64,000 nucleotides of DNA from Candidatus Multivoradales bacterium. Lineage in GTDB: Bacteria; Acidobacteriota; Thermoanaerobaculia; Multivoradales; JAHEKO01. A program made the position numbers and the translations under genes. Below are positions 55,140-64,000 of this stretch, in pieces; position 1 is the first letter of the stretch, and every line of letters starts with the position of its first letter. The stretch is taken from NCBI GenBank assembly GCA_965223855.1, contig CBDCXM010000009.1, forward strand, positions 2,016,001 to 2,080,000, written 5' to 3'. The notes under the pieces are model-generated. The model was given only the letters and a program-made list of their open reading frames with translations. It was not told the DNA's origin and did not search any database.

Positions 55140-56071
55140 TCCGCGGCCTTCTCCTCGTCGTCATCGCCGGGCTCGTGCTGGCGCTCTCCGGAGCCGCCTA
55201 CATCGTCCACGAGCCGGAACAGGTGATCATCACCATGTTCGGCGAGCCGATCGGCCAGCCGGTGACGGAGGCGGGGCTCCATTTCAAGCTGCCCTTCTTC
55301 CACAAGGTGCACCGTTTCGACCGCAGATTCCTCGAGTGGGACGGTGACCCGACGGAGCTGACGACTCGCGACAAGCGCTTCATCTTCGTCGATACCTTCG
55401 CCCGCTGGCGCATCACGGATCCACTCCTCTACTTCCAGCGGTTGCAGGGGGAGCGCCGGGCCCAGAGCCGGCTCGACGACATCCTCGACGGCGAGACCCG
55501 CAACGCGATCGCCAACCACGACCTGGTCGAGGTGGTGCGCACCAGCAACCGCGAGCCGGCGCAGGACGACTCCAACGCCGACGGCGTGCAGACGACGCTC
55601 GACCCGATCGAGTTCGGGCGCGAGAAGATCCGCCAGGAGATTCTGACCAGCGCTCAGGCGCGGACGAGTGACCTCGGTATCGAGATCCTCGACGTACAGT
55701 TCAAGCGCATCAACTACGTGGAGAACGTCCGCGAGAAGGTCTACCAGCGGATGATCGCCGAGCGCCGCCGGATCGCCGATCGCTACCGCTCGGAGGGGCA
55801 GGGCGAGGCGGCGCGGATCGAGGGCGAGATGGAGCGCGAGCTCAAGCGGATCGAGTCCGAGGCCTACCGCGAGGCTCAGGAGATCGTCGGACGTGCGGAT
55901 GCCTCCGCCACCGAGATCTACGCCCGCGCCTACGACCAGTCGGCCGATTCGCGCAGCTTCTACGCCTTCCTGAAGACGATGGAGACCCTGCGGAGCACGG
56001 CGAGCGACGAGACGTCGATCGTCCTGTCGACCGATGGCGAGTTCTACCGCTTCCTCGAAGACGTCGAGTAG
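55136..56071 (+). CDS. hflC: FtsH protease modulator HflC
   Basis: GLHFKLPF, RMIAER…RSEG and FYAFLKTME motifs; coupled to hflK. Confidence 0.93.
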   Translation: MIRGLLLVVIAGLVLALSGAAYIVHEPEQVIITMFGEPIGQPVTEAGLHFKLPFFHKVHRFDRRFLEWDGDPTELTTRDKRFIFVDTFARWRITDPLLYFQRLQGERRAQSRLDDILDGETRNAIANHDLVEVVRTSNREPAQDDSNADGVQTTLDPIEFGREKIRQEILTSAQARTSDLGIEILDVQFKRINYVENVREKVYQRMIAERRRIADRYRSEGQGEAARIEGEMERELKRIESEAYREAQEIVGRADASATEIYARAYDQSADSRSFYAFLKTMETLRSTASDETSIVLSTDGEFYRFLEDVE

Positions 56072-57533
56072 AGCGCGGCAGCGGGCGAGGCGTGCGATCG
56101 CGCTGTCGGCGCTCGCCTGGGTCGCTGCGGCAGGCGCTTACGCGCTCCAGGATCAGCTGGGGGTCGCCGCAGCCGAGGCTCGCCGTGCGGCGACCGCTCT
56201 GGGCGTTCACGTCATCGACGTCGAGACCGGCGAAACGGTCTACGAATACCAGCCGGACCGACCCCGGATCCTCGCCTCCAACACCAAGCTCGTCACCTCT
56301 GCGGCGGCGCTCGACCGGCTGAGCCCCGCCCACTACATCGAGACCGCGCTGCGGGCGAGGGGGCGGGTCGAGAACGGCGTGCTGAGGGGAGATCTCGCGG
56401 TCATCGGCTCGGGCGATCCGGCGATCTCGGGGCGCCACTACGGCGACGATCCGCTGCACGTCTTCCGACGCTGGGGCGAGGAGCTGCGCGGGCGCGGGAT
56501 CTCGAGGGTCGACGGTGACCTCGTGCTGGTCGACGGCCTTTTCGACGATCTCGAAGTCCACCCCGATTGGCCGCGCGACCAGCTCCACAAGTGGTACGAA
56601 GCGCCGGTTTCGTCGCTGTCCTTCAACGACAACTGCATCTGGCTGTGGGTGACTCCGGGTGAGCGGCCGGGCGACCCGGCGCACGTCGAGGTGGCGCCGG
56701 ACGTGCCGACGGTCGTCGTCAGCAACACCGCCCGCACGACCTCGAAGTCGCGCAGCCATTCGATCGTCGTCGGACGCCAGCCGGGGAGCAATGTGATCAA
56801 CGTCTCGGGGTGGGTCTACCGGCATGCCGAGCCCTATGTCGTCGCCGTCTCGGTGCCGCGCCCGGCGCAGCTCTTCGGTGACGGTCTCAAAGAGGGTTTG
56901 CGGCAGGCGGGGGTGGCCGTCGCCGGAGACGTGACGATCGTTCCGCGGCTGCCCGCCGCGCCTTGGCGGGTCCTCGCCCGCCATCGTACCGACCTGATGA
57001 CGGTGCTCGAGGTGGTCAACAAGCGGAGCCAGAACTTCTACGCAGAGGCTCTGCTGAAGCTGCTCGGCGCGATCGACTGCGGCGAGGGAAGCTGGGCGTC
57101 GGGGGCCAGAGTGGTTGCGGAGTTCCTCGCGGAGTTGGGGATCGATCCGGCGAGCTATCAGTATGCCGACGGCTCGGGGATGAGCCGCAACAACCGCTTC
57201 ACCCCGCGTCAGCTCACGAGCGTGTTGCGGCACATGTACTTCCACCGCTTCGGCCGCGAATACCTGCGTTCGCTCGCCTACAGCGGCGAGTCGGAGCTCG
57301 ATCCGCCGTGGATGACGTCGTCGCTATCGAAGCGGATGACGGAGGCGAGCTACCGGCACAACGTGCTCGCCAAGACCGGCGGCCTCAACGGCGTCTCGAC
57401 GCTCTCCGGCTACGCCAAGTCGCGCTCGGGCAGGCTCTACGCCTTCTCGATTCTGTGCAACTCGATCCGTGGCGCGTGGCATGCCAAGCGGGCGCAGGAC
57501 CGGATCGTCCGGACGCTGATCGACCGTGGCTGA
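56034..57533 (+). CDS. dacB: D-Ala-D-Ala carboxypeptidase/endopeptidase PBP4 (peptidase S13)
   Basis: ASNTK (SxxK), GSGDP, SQN, DGSGMSR and AKTG motifs; start uncertain. Confidence 0.9.
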   Translation: MASSTASSKTSSRARQRARRAIALSALAWVAAAGAYALQDQLGVAAAEARRAATALGVHVIDVETGETVYEYQPDRPRILASNTKLVTSAAALDRLSPAHYIETALRARGRVENGVLRGDLAVIGSGDPAISGRHYGDDPLHVFRRWGEELRGRGISRVDGDLVLVDGLFDDLEVHPDWPRDQLHKWYEAPVSSLSFNDNCIWLWVTPGERPGDPAHVEVAPDVPTVVVSNTARTTSKSRSHSIVVGRQPGSNVINVSGWVYRHAEPYVVAVSVPRPAQLFGDGLKEGLRQAGVAVAGDVTIVPRLPAAPWRVLARHRTDLMTVLEVVNKRSQNFYAEALLKLLGAIDCGEGSWASGARVVAEFLAELGIDPASYQYADGSGMSRNNRFTPRQLTSVLRHMYFHRFGREYLRSLAYSGESELDPPWMTSSLSKRMTEASYRHNVLAKTGGLNGVSTLSGYAKSRSGRLYAFSILCNSIRGAWHAKRAQDRIVRTLIDRG

Positions 57534-58767
57534 GAGCGCGTCTCAGGAGGGCGAGGTGCGGCCATCGCCTGGCGATCTGCTGCAGGAGGTCGAGGAGCTG
57601 GTATCGACCATTTCGTCCGGGAGTGACGCAAGCTCGATCAGGGAGATCGCTCAGCAGGTCGTAGAACGGCTCGGGAAGAGGCTGGGCCTGATCGGGGCTC
57701 GCACCTATCGACGGGACGGCGGTGACTATGTTCTGACCTCCGCATTGCCGCAGAGAACGGATCTGCAGGGGTTCCGGGTCCCAGCTAGCTATCCGCCCAT
57801 AGATCGGCTTCTCGAAGAGCGCTTTCTGTACATGAGAAGGGACGATCCGAGGCTGGACAAGGATATCGAGAAGTTCCTGGGCGTCGATGAGTTTGCTGCA
57901 ATCTGGATCGACAGCGATCGCTGCGACTGCATCGTTGCCTTCGACGTCGCCGATGGACGGGCCCGCGAGGAGATCCGATACGCACTGTCGATCCTCCGCT
58001 ACAGCATTCAGCATCGGCTTCGGGAAGAATGGCTCGACGACGTACTTCGTGAGGCTCGACGGGTACAAGCTTCTATGCTGCCGCGTCGGACTCCCGTCTA
58101 CGGAGACTTCGACCTTGCGGGAAGAACCGTTCCGATGGAGAGACTCGGCGGTGACTTCTACGACTACATCCCGATCAGCCCGCAGATCCTCGGTCTGGCG
58201 ATCGCCGACGTCACCGGACACGGCCTGCCTGCGGCGCTCCAGACCCGGGACGTCTACACCGGCCTACGGATGGGGCTGGCACGCGACCTCAAGATCGTCA
58301 GGACGATGGAGCGCCTCAACAGGATCGTCAGCCGCAGCACGCTGACCAGCCGCTTCGTCTCGCTCTTCTACGGCGAGCTCGAGCTCAACGGCCTCTTCAT
58401 CTACGTCAACGCCGGGCACAACGCGCCGTTCCACGTCAGCGCCGCCGGAGAAGCGACCGCACTGACGGCAGGCGGACCGGTCCTGGGCCCGATTCCCGAT
58501 GCGACCTACGCGCGAGGCTTCGTGGAGTTGGAGCCTGGAGACACGCTTGTCCTGTACACCGACGGAATCGTCGAGGCGGAGGGAAAGCGAGACGGCGATG
58601 AGTCCGAGCTCTACGGCGTAGAGCGGCTGCTGGACGTCGTGCGCGGACAGCCAAAGGCCTCGGCCGAAGCCATCGTGAACGCGGTGTTCGACGACGTCAA
58701 GGCGTTCTCGACCTCGCCGCTGCCCAACGACGACCGCACCGTCGTCGTGCTCAAGAAACCGGCCTGA
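57526..58767 (+). CDS. SpoIIE/RsbU-type PP2C phosphatase with N-terminal GAF-like region
   Basis: GGDFYD, ADVTGHG, NAGH, YTDGIVE and DDRT motifs. Confidence 0.9.
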   Translation: MAESASQEGEVRPSPGDLLQEVEELVSTISSGSDASSIREIAQQVVERLGKRLGLIGARTYRRDGGDYVLTSALPQRTDLQGFRVPASYPPIDRLLEERFLYMRRDDPRLDKDIEKFLGVDEFAAIWIDSDRCDCIVAFDVADGRAREEIRYALSILRYSIQHRLREEWLDDVLREARRVQASMLPRRTPVYGDFDLAGRTVPMERLGGDFYDYIPISPQILGLAIADVTGHGLPAALQTRDVYTGLRMGLARDLKIVRTMERLNRIVSRSTLTSRFVSLFYGELELNGLFIYVNAGHNAPFHVSAAGEATALTAGGPVLGPIPDATYARGFVELEPGDTLVLYTDGIVEAEGKRDGDESELYGVERLLDVVRGQPKASAEAIVNAVFDDVKAFSTSPLPNDDRTVVVLKKPA

Positions 58768-58770
58768 CGC

Positions 58771-58792
58771 CGCGACCGTCGGATCGGTCGCG
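58771..58792 (+). terminator. Hairpin after the phosphatase gene
   Basis: CGCGACCG-6nt-CGGTCGCG, 3 nt after the stop. Confidence 0.4.
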
Positions 58793-59018
58793 TCGAATCG
58801 AGACGTTCTCGGCGTGAAGCCGGCGGGCTGTGCCTGCGCTGCAGGATCTCCTCAACGCAGCCGCGGCAGCGCAAGGACGGTTCGGTCCGTCACGCTGACC
58901 GGAGCCGCCGCCGGCCTACCCGGAAGTCTTTCTGCAAGGGCCCTCGTACATCGAAGGCGGCCTCTCCCCGGAGCGGCCCGCTCCCGGCGAGAACCCGCTC
59001 TCCCGTGAGTCTGAGCCG

Positions 59019-59516
59019 CTAGCGTGCGAAACAGACGAGGTGGGTCTCGTGCAGGAAAATGCCGAAGTAGCCGGTCGGCACCTCTCCTTCGGGCATGGCG
59101 CACTGGACGGTCGTCGCGGCGTCGTCGGTCAGGGTGAGGGTCAGCTTCTTCGGCGTCTTCTTCCGATAGGTGACGATCCAGGAGGGATCGTCTTCGCGAA
59201 AGTACTCCGCCGGCTCGGTGGTTGCCCTGGCATCGGCATCCACCCCGGCGACACGAAAGACGTCGTCGAGGGTCATGCCGGTGTCGCTGGTTTCGAAGCG
59301 CAGCCAGGCCAGCGCGCGCTCCTTCCACTCTTCGTCGCTCAGTTCGGCGATCTCGAGTTGAAAGCGGGCGGCCTCCTCCTTGGCGAGCGCCTGCTCGGTC
59401 TGCCAGCCGTACCCCTTGCTGCCGAGCGGGACGCTGCCGCCACCGCGTCCGCCGGGCTGGGCCGAGGCTGCTACTGCGAGGGTGGAAAGGACGAGGGCTG
59501 CAGCGAAGGTCTTCAT
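59019..59516 (-). CDS. Hypothetical exported protein
   Basis: Signal peptide ending ASA-Q; AAGGAG SD; two Cys. Confidence 0.7.
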   Translation of the reverse strand: MKTFAAALVLSTLAVAASAQPGGRGGGSVPLGSKGYGWQTEQALAKEEAARFQLEIAELSDEEWKERALAWLRFETSDTGMTLDDVFRVAGVDADARATTEPAEYFREDDPSWIVTYRKKTPKKLTLTLTDDAATTVQCAMPEGEVPTGYFGIFLHETHLVCFAR

Positions 59517-59642
59517 GGCGGCGTCTCCTTGCGGGGGTCTCCTTGCGGGCCTGGGCGAACCCTCGATCGGCCCGCGGGAACAGAGTCTACTGCGAGCTAC
59601 GCCGTCGTCGCCGTCGAGATTCCCCCGGTCTCGCGCACAGGA

Positions 59643-60326
59643 TCACCCTGCCCGTCGCTCGACGATCTCGATCTCCTGACGCAGCTTGATGAGGCTGCCG
59701 GCTGGATAGATGCCGGACCGGAGCTGTACTCCCGGATAGAGGCTCGTACCGGAGCCGACGATCGACCCGGGGTGCAGCACACAGTTGCAGCCGACTCGCA
59801 CCCCGTCCCCGAGAAGGGCGCCGAGCTTGCGCCGACCGCTGTCGATCCGGCCGTCGCCGCTCGGGATCTCGATCGTTCGACCGTCGTGGCGGAAGTTCGA
59901 CAGCACGCTGCCGGCGCCGAGGTTGACGTCGCTGCCGAGGATCGAGTCTCCGACGTAGGACAGATGCGGCGCCCTCGAGCCGGGCAGGAGAATCGAGTGC
60001 TTCACCTCGACGTTCGCGCCGACGCCGGCCCCGTCACCCAACCAGCATCCTCCGCGCAGGTACGCTCCGGGACCGACCCGGACGTCGTCGCCGAGGAAGA
60101 CCGGTCCCTCGATCACCGCGGTCGGATGAATCCGGCATCCTTTGCCGATGACGATTCCGTCACCCGAGAGGTGGTGGTGGGGCGACAGCGGGATCTCGAT
60201 GCTGCTCGACGGCAGCGCTTCGAGCAGCGTCGCCAGAGGCTCTCCAAGGAGCTCCCACGGTCTCCGGGGGTCGAACGCCGGCAGGAACGGCTCGGGGAGC
60301 TTCTCGAAGAGGGGCGGCAGGGTCAT
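59643..60326 (-). CDS. Hexapeptide-repeat acyltransferase (GlmU C-terminal-like)
   Basis: Left-handed beta-helix repeats; HLSYVGDSILG, NLGAG and RKLGA motifs. Confidence 0.85.
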   Translation of the reverse strand: MTLPPLFEKLPEPFLPAFDPRRPWELLGEPLATLLEALPSSSIEIPLSPHHHLSGDGIVIGKGCRIHPTAVIEGPVFLGDDVRVGPGAYLRGGCWLGDGAGVGANVEVKHSILLPGSRAPHLSYVGDSILGSDVNLGAGSVLSNFRHDGRTIEIPSGDGRIDSGRRKLGALLGDGVRVGCNCVLHPGSIVGSGTSLYPGVQLRSGIYPAGSLIKLRQEIEIVERRAG

Positions 60327-60352
60327 CGGGCCTCCGGCATGATAGCGCTCCT

Positions 60353-61009
60353 ATGGGCGACGTCTGGGAGCGGTTGCCGCCAAGGTTCTATCGCCGGCCA
60401 GCCGAGGTGGTGGCGCCGGATCTCCTGGGGCGCTACCTGGTTCGCAGCCTGGAGGGGAGCCGCGACGTGGTGAGAATCGTCGAGACGGAGGCCTATCTCG
60501 GAGCCGCCGACCGGGCCAGCCACGCCTGGGGCGACCGGCGCACCCGGAGGACGGCGTCCCTGTTTCGTGACGGCGGCTCCGCCTACGTTTACCTGATCTA
60601 CGGGATCCACTGCATGTTGAATGTGGTCACTGGAAGCCGGCAGGACGGAAGTGCTGTGCTGATTCGTGCCGCCGAGCCGGTCGAAGGGGTGGGGCGCATG
60701 GCGACTCGCCGCCGGCTTGCCGCAGACGGCCGGGCGGGTGCGATCGCCGGCGGTCCCGGGAAGCTCTGTCAGGCGCTGGCGGTCGGTCTCGATCTCGATG
60801 GCGCTCCGCTCGATCGCGGCGAGCTGCGGCTCGCTGCCGGGCGGCCCGTGCCGGCCGACGAGATCGCCGTCGGCCCGCGGGTCGGCGTCGACTATGCCGG
60901 CGAGGCGGCCGGCTGGCCGCTGCGATTCGCCGAGATCGGCAACCAGCATGTCTCGAAGCCGGCTCCCCCCAGGAGCGAGACGGCTCGCTCCAGCGGTCAG
61001 TCGAAGTAG
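60353..61009 (+). CDS. mpg: DNA-3-methyladenine glycosylase (MPG/AAG family)
   Basis: RIVETEAY, YVYLIYGIH, AVLIRA, GPGKLC and RVGV motifs. Confidence 0.93.
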   Translation: MGDVWERLPPRFYRRPAEVVAPDLLGRYLVRSLEGSRDVVRIVETEAYLGAADRASHAWGDRRTRRTASLFRDGGSAYVYLIYGIHCMLNVVTGSRQDGSAVLIRAAEPVEGVGRMATRRRLAADGRAGAIAGGPGKLCQALAVGLDLDGAPLDRGELRLAAGRPVPADEIAVGPRVGVDYAGEAAGWPLRFAEIGNQHVSKPAPPRSETARSSGQSK

Positions 61010-62118
61010 ATGTGTCCCGCCTCGAAGAGGGTCCAGAGGACGACCTGAGTCTCCAGGGGGGGCATCGGCGAGATCTTGTGAATCGTCCCGACGTCGTACT
61101 GACCGTTGATCCGGCTCAGCAGAAAGCCGGCCTGGGCGGAGATGTCGAGATTGGCGAGGTCCTCCAGGTTGCCGCTCAGATTCGGCACCGCCGACTCCAC
61201 GACACCGCTCGCCTGAACGACGGCTCGGATCTCCTTCTCGACCTCCTTGACGCCTTCCTGAGTCTTCTCGCCGTCCGGATCGAGGTTCCCCGCAGCCCGG
61301 GCGTGCCGGAGGGCGGCGACGAGTTCCTGTTCGGCCAGGAGCGCGGTCGCCGCTTCGATGAGTGCGCCGGCGTCGATCGTGTCGCCGTTGGAGGTGGCCG
61401 GCTGAACCTCGGCCGCACCTCGCGGCCGCACCATCTTCAGGTGGCCGAGCCTCATCTGCTCCCACAGCACCCGGCAGACGTAGAACTCGCTCGAGTGGGT
61501 CTCGAGCGCGATCTCCTCGATCGTCCGGTCGTCGTTGACCTGCCTCAGAAGGTGCTCGGCGCCGGGGTCCCCTTCCGGCGCGACGAGGTTGGAGACCGCG
61601 ACCGGGACGCAGAACTTCGAAGGGATCGATTCGCGGATCCGGGTCCAGTCGTCGAGCCGTTTGGCGCCTCGAAGCACGAGAGTCTGGACGTCGAGCGAGA
61701 TCGGCACCATCTCGAACGCCGGGAGCTCGTCCTCGATGAACTGAAAGTCGGCTTCGGGCCAGGTGAAGATCTCGTAGATGCTCTCCTCGGCCTTGAGCCG
61801 GAGCATCCGCTCGAGGTCGGGCTGGTTGATGGCGCCGATCGTCATCAGGATCTTCCCGAGCAACATCCGGTTGCCTTCCTGCATCTCGATCGCCTTGGCG
61901 AGAGTGACCTCGTCGAGGAAGCCGTGACTGACCAGAAAGTGCCCCAGGTACTCCGTTCGATCGCTGGACGCGGACGCGATGATCCTGCCGTCCTCGAAGA
62001 AGACCTGCTTCTGCACCTGCCCGTTGGACACCAGCAGGGTGCCGGTCTTCTGCCCACGCGCGAGCCACTGCAGCAGCTCGGGGAAGTCCATCGAGTGGAG
62101 GCTCCCCGTGAGGCTCAT
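60997..62118 (-). CDS. DUF4388 (PATAN-like) domain protein
   Basis: MSLTGSLHSMDFPELLQW…KTGTL…LGHFL…IFTWPEADF. Confidence 0.82.
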   Translation of the reverse strand: MSLTGSLHSMDFPELLQWLARGQKTGTLLVSNGQVQKQVFFEDGRIIASASSDRTEYLGHFLVSHGFLDEVTLAKAIEMQEGNRMLLGKILMTIGAINQPDLERMLRLKAEESIYEIFTWPEADFQFIEDELPAFEMVPISLDVQTLVLRGAKRLDDWTRIRESIPSKFCVPVAVSNLVAPEGDPGAEHLLRQVNDDRTIEEIALETHSSEFYVCRVLWEQMRLGHLKMVRPRGAAEVQPATSNGDTIDAGALIEAATALLAEQELVAALRHARAAGNLDPDGEKTQEGVKEVEKEIRAVVQASGVVESAVPNLSGNLEDLANLDISAQAGFLLSRINGQYDVGTIHKISPMPPLETQVVLWTLFEAGHIYFD

Positions 62119-62179
62119 GGAGCCCCTCCAGGCCTCGACGGGCCTCCCTCACTCGACTGCATCGACTCGTCCCTCCCGC

Positions 62180-62362
62180 TAGCCTGAACTTCTCACACCA
62201 CTGTGGTCTGGCAGGTCGTAGGTTGCTGAAGATACGAGGCTTCCGGTCGGGGGCACCGGAGACATAGCCGTAGCTACGTCGAGGAGCGCAGTGACTGGAA
62301 AACGAAGTAGATTCAGTGACATACGGCCTACCGGACTGCAATGGCGTGAGGAGTTCAGGCTA
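62180..62362. repeat. 183-bp TA-flanked imperfect palindrome (MITE-like element or structured RNA)
   Basis: TAGCCTGAACT…AGTTCAGGCTA termini; about 55 bp of arm pairing, an inner 8-bp stem and a central 8-bp hairpin, all symmetric about position 62271. Confidence 0.75.
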
Positions 62363-62848
62363 ATCGCGGGCTCTAGTGGTCCCTGTTTGCCCCTGATAAT
62401 GACTGCCTGAACCGGCTTCACCATAAGCTACTTCGGGTTCCGATTCCATTCGAATGAAAATCAGTTGAGCGATCCGGCGACCCGCGTCGAGGACGAACGG
62501 CTCCGGACCGAGGTTCTGCAACTCGAGCGTGATCTGCCCCTCGAAGCCGGGATCGCACCAGCCGGCGAGGGAGTGATTGATCCACAGCCTCCCGAGCGTC
62601 GACTTGAGTTTGAGGTCGCAAGCGACGTCGCGGGGGATGCGGACGTACTCGATGCTCGATGCGAGCACCACTTCACCCGGGAAGAGCTTGACGTGAGGAG
62701 CGCTGAAGTCCTCGGGGTCCCGGGTCGGGCAGATCCAGTGGTCTCCGACGCGCAGGTCGTAGCTCGCCGAGTTGACCTGAGCGGTCTCGAAAGGGTCGAC
62801 GCCGCCCTGCTTTCCCCAGCGGCGGATCCAGTGATCCGGCAGGATCAT
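62360..62848 (-). CDS. dcd: dCTP deaminase
   Basis: QVNSASYDLR, KSTLGR, DPGFEGQITLE, RIAQLIF and YQGQ motifs. Confidence 0.93.
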   Translation of the reverse strand: MILPDHWIRRWGKQGGVDPFETAQVNSASYDLRVGDHWICPTRDPEDFSAPHVKLFPGEVVLASSIEYVRIPRDVACDLKLKSTLGRLWINHSLAGWCDPGFEGQITLELQNLGPEPFVLDAGRRIAQLIFIRMESEPEVAYGEAGSGSHYQGQTGTTRARD

Positions 62849-63825
62849 CAGAACTGGACCGGAGCCGACTCGTCCTCGCGCCGGATCGTGTCGACGAAGC
62901 GGATCGTCCGCTCGGCGAGTGCCATGTAGAGCGTCGAGGTCCGGGAGCCGCCGCCGAAGAACCGCACCCCTTCCATCAGCCGATCTCCGGTCACGGCGCT
63001 GCTGGCGAGCACGATGTCGTCGCCTGGTGCGAGGTCTCGGGTGGAGTAGAGGCGATCGACGTCGTCGATTCCGACCTCCTCGACCCGCCGGCGCTGCTGC
63101 TCGTTGAGCGGCGTCAGACGGGCCTGGATCTCGCCGCCGAGGCAGCGCATGGCGGCCGCGGTGATGACGCCCTCGGGAGCGCCGCCGATCCCCATCACGG
63201 CGTGAATCCCGGTGCCTCGCACCGCCGCGGCGATGCCGGCCGACAGATCGCCGTCGCCGATCAGGCGGATTCGGGCGCCCGCTTCCCTGATGTCGGTGAT
63301 CAGTTCCGCGTGGCGCTCGCGATCGAGCACGACGACCGTCAGGTCGTCGACGTCGCGCTCGAACGCCTCCGCGATGTTGCGCAGGTTCTCCGCTACCGGG
63401 GCGTCGAGGTGCACGCGGCCGCGGGCGGTCGGTCCGACGACGATCTTGTCCATGTAGATGTCGGGGGCGTGGAGAAGGCCGCCCCGCTCCGCGGCCGCGA
63501 GGATCGCCACCGCTCCGGGATCGCCGGTCGCACAGAGGTTCGTACCCTCCAGAGGATCGACCGCGATGTCGATCGCCGGCTGCCCTTCGCCGCCCTGCCC
63601 CAGTTCTTCGCCGACGTAGAGCATCGGCGCCTCGTCGCGTTCCCCCTCGCCGATGACGATGCGGCCGCGCATCGGCAGCTCGCCGAGGGTGCTCCGCATC
63701 GCTTCCACAGCGACATGGTCGGAGTGCGTCCGCCGACCCAGTCCCATGGTGTGGGCCGCGGCGATCGCCGCCTCTTCGGTGACCCGGATCAGGTCCTGCC
63801 CGAGCAACGCGTTGACCGACGTCAC
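62848..63825 (-). CDS. glpX: Class II fructose-1,6-bisphosphatase
   Basis: [26 protein letters not shown] and GGAPEGV motifs. Confidence 0.96.
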   Translation of the reverse strand: MTSVNALLGQDLIRVTEEAAIAAAHTMGLGRRTHSDHVAVEAMRSTLGELPMRGRIVIGEGERDEAPMLYVGEELGQGGEGQPAIDIAVDPLEGTNLCATGDPGAVAILAAAERGGLLHAPDIYMDKIVVGPTARGRVHLDAPVAENLRNIAEAFERDVDDLTVVVLDRERHAELITDIREAGARIRLIGDGDLSAGIAAAVRGTGIHAVMGIGGAPEGVITAAAMRCLGGEIQARLTPLNEQQRRRVEEVGIDDVDRLYSTRDLAPGDDIVLASSAVTGDRLMEGVRFFGGGSRTSTLYMALAERTIRFVDTIRREDESAPVQF

Positions 63826-64000
63826 GAAGCGGTCTCCACGGGCTCTCGGGCGGGCTTCGCGGCGGCCTCCGGGTGATTCGCCGGCGGGTTGAAGCTCGGG
63901 ATGCCGGTGATCGCCTCGCCGATGATCAGGTTGTGCATGTCGTGGGTACCTTCGTAGGTGTAGACCGACTCGATGTTCATCATGTGCCGGATCACCGGGT
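63822..64000 (-). CDS. Acyl-CoA dehydrogenase (glutaryl-CoA dehydrogenase-like), C-terminal fragment
   Basis: [32 protein letters not shown]; stop overlaps the glpX GTG. Confidence 0.85.
   Translation of the reverse strand, partial: PVIRHMMNIESVYTYEGTHDMHNLIIGEAITGIPSFNPPANHPEAAAKPAREPVETAS

Overview
This is very GC-rich (about 70%) bacterial chromosomal DNA, densely coding, with no rRNA, tRNA, CRISPR array or transposase visible. The gene repertoire (DUF4388 proteins, Hanks-type kinase, OPX plus beta-barrel exporter) suggests an Acidobacteriota/Myxococcota-like organism; this is inference only. Bases 1-24.2 kb hold a Wzy-type surface polysaccharide locus: glycosyltransferases, wecB, methyltransferases, a cytidylyltransferase/HAD/dehydrogenase module, a nucleotide-sugar dehydrogenase, a TPR protein, wzc, wza, an outer-membrane beta-barrel, an O-antigen ligase and VanZ. 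Bases 24.3-32.4 kb hold a methionine/SAM locus: metF, an inverted Ser/Thr kinase-STAS-Zn-ribbon fusion, a SAM-I/IV-type riboswitch ahead of metH, an ABM protein, and a RuBisCO-like protein plus cupin matching the MTA-isoprenoid shunt pair. The rest is mostly housekeeping or accessory: two DUF4388 genes, ABC-F, PBP1B, an HEXXH protein, uvrA, MauE/thioredoxin/DUF3179, orphan luxE/luxC-like genes, a ferredoxin-TauE operon, a PD-(D/E)XK-DinG fusion, a GT-C protein, hflKC, dacB, a SpoIIE phosphatase, mpg, dcd, glpX and a partial acyl-CoA dehydrogenase. The main non-coding highlights are a 183-bp TA-flanked rod-like palindrome fused to the dcd stop codon, many apparently leaderless genes, and two probable CTG starts.
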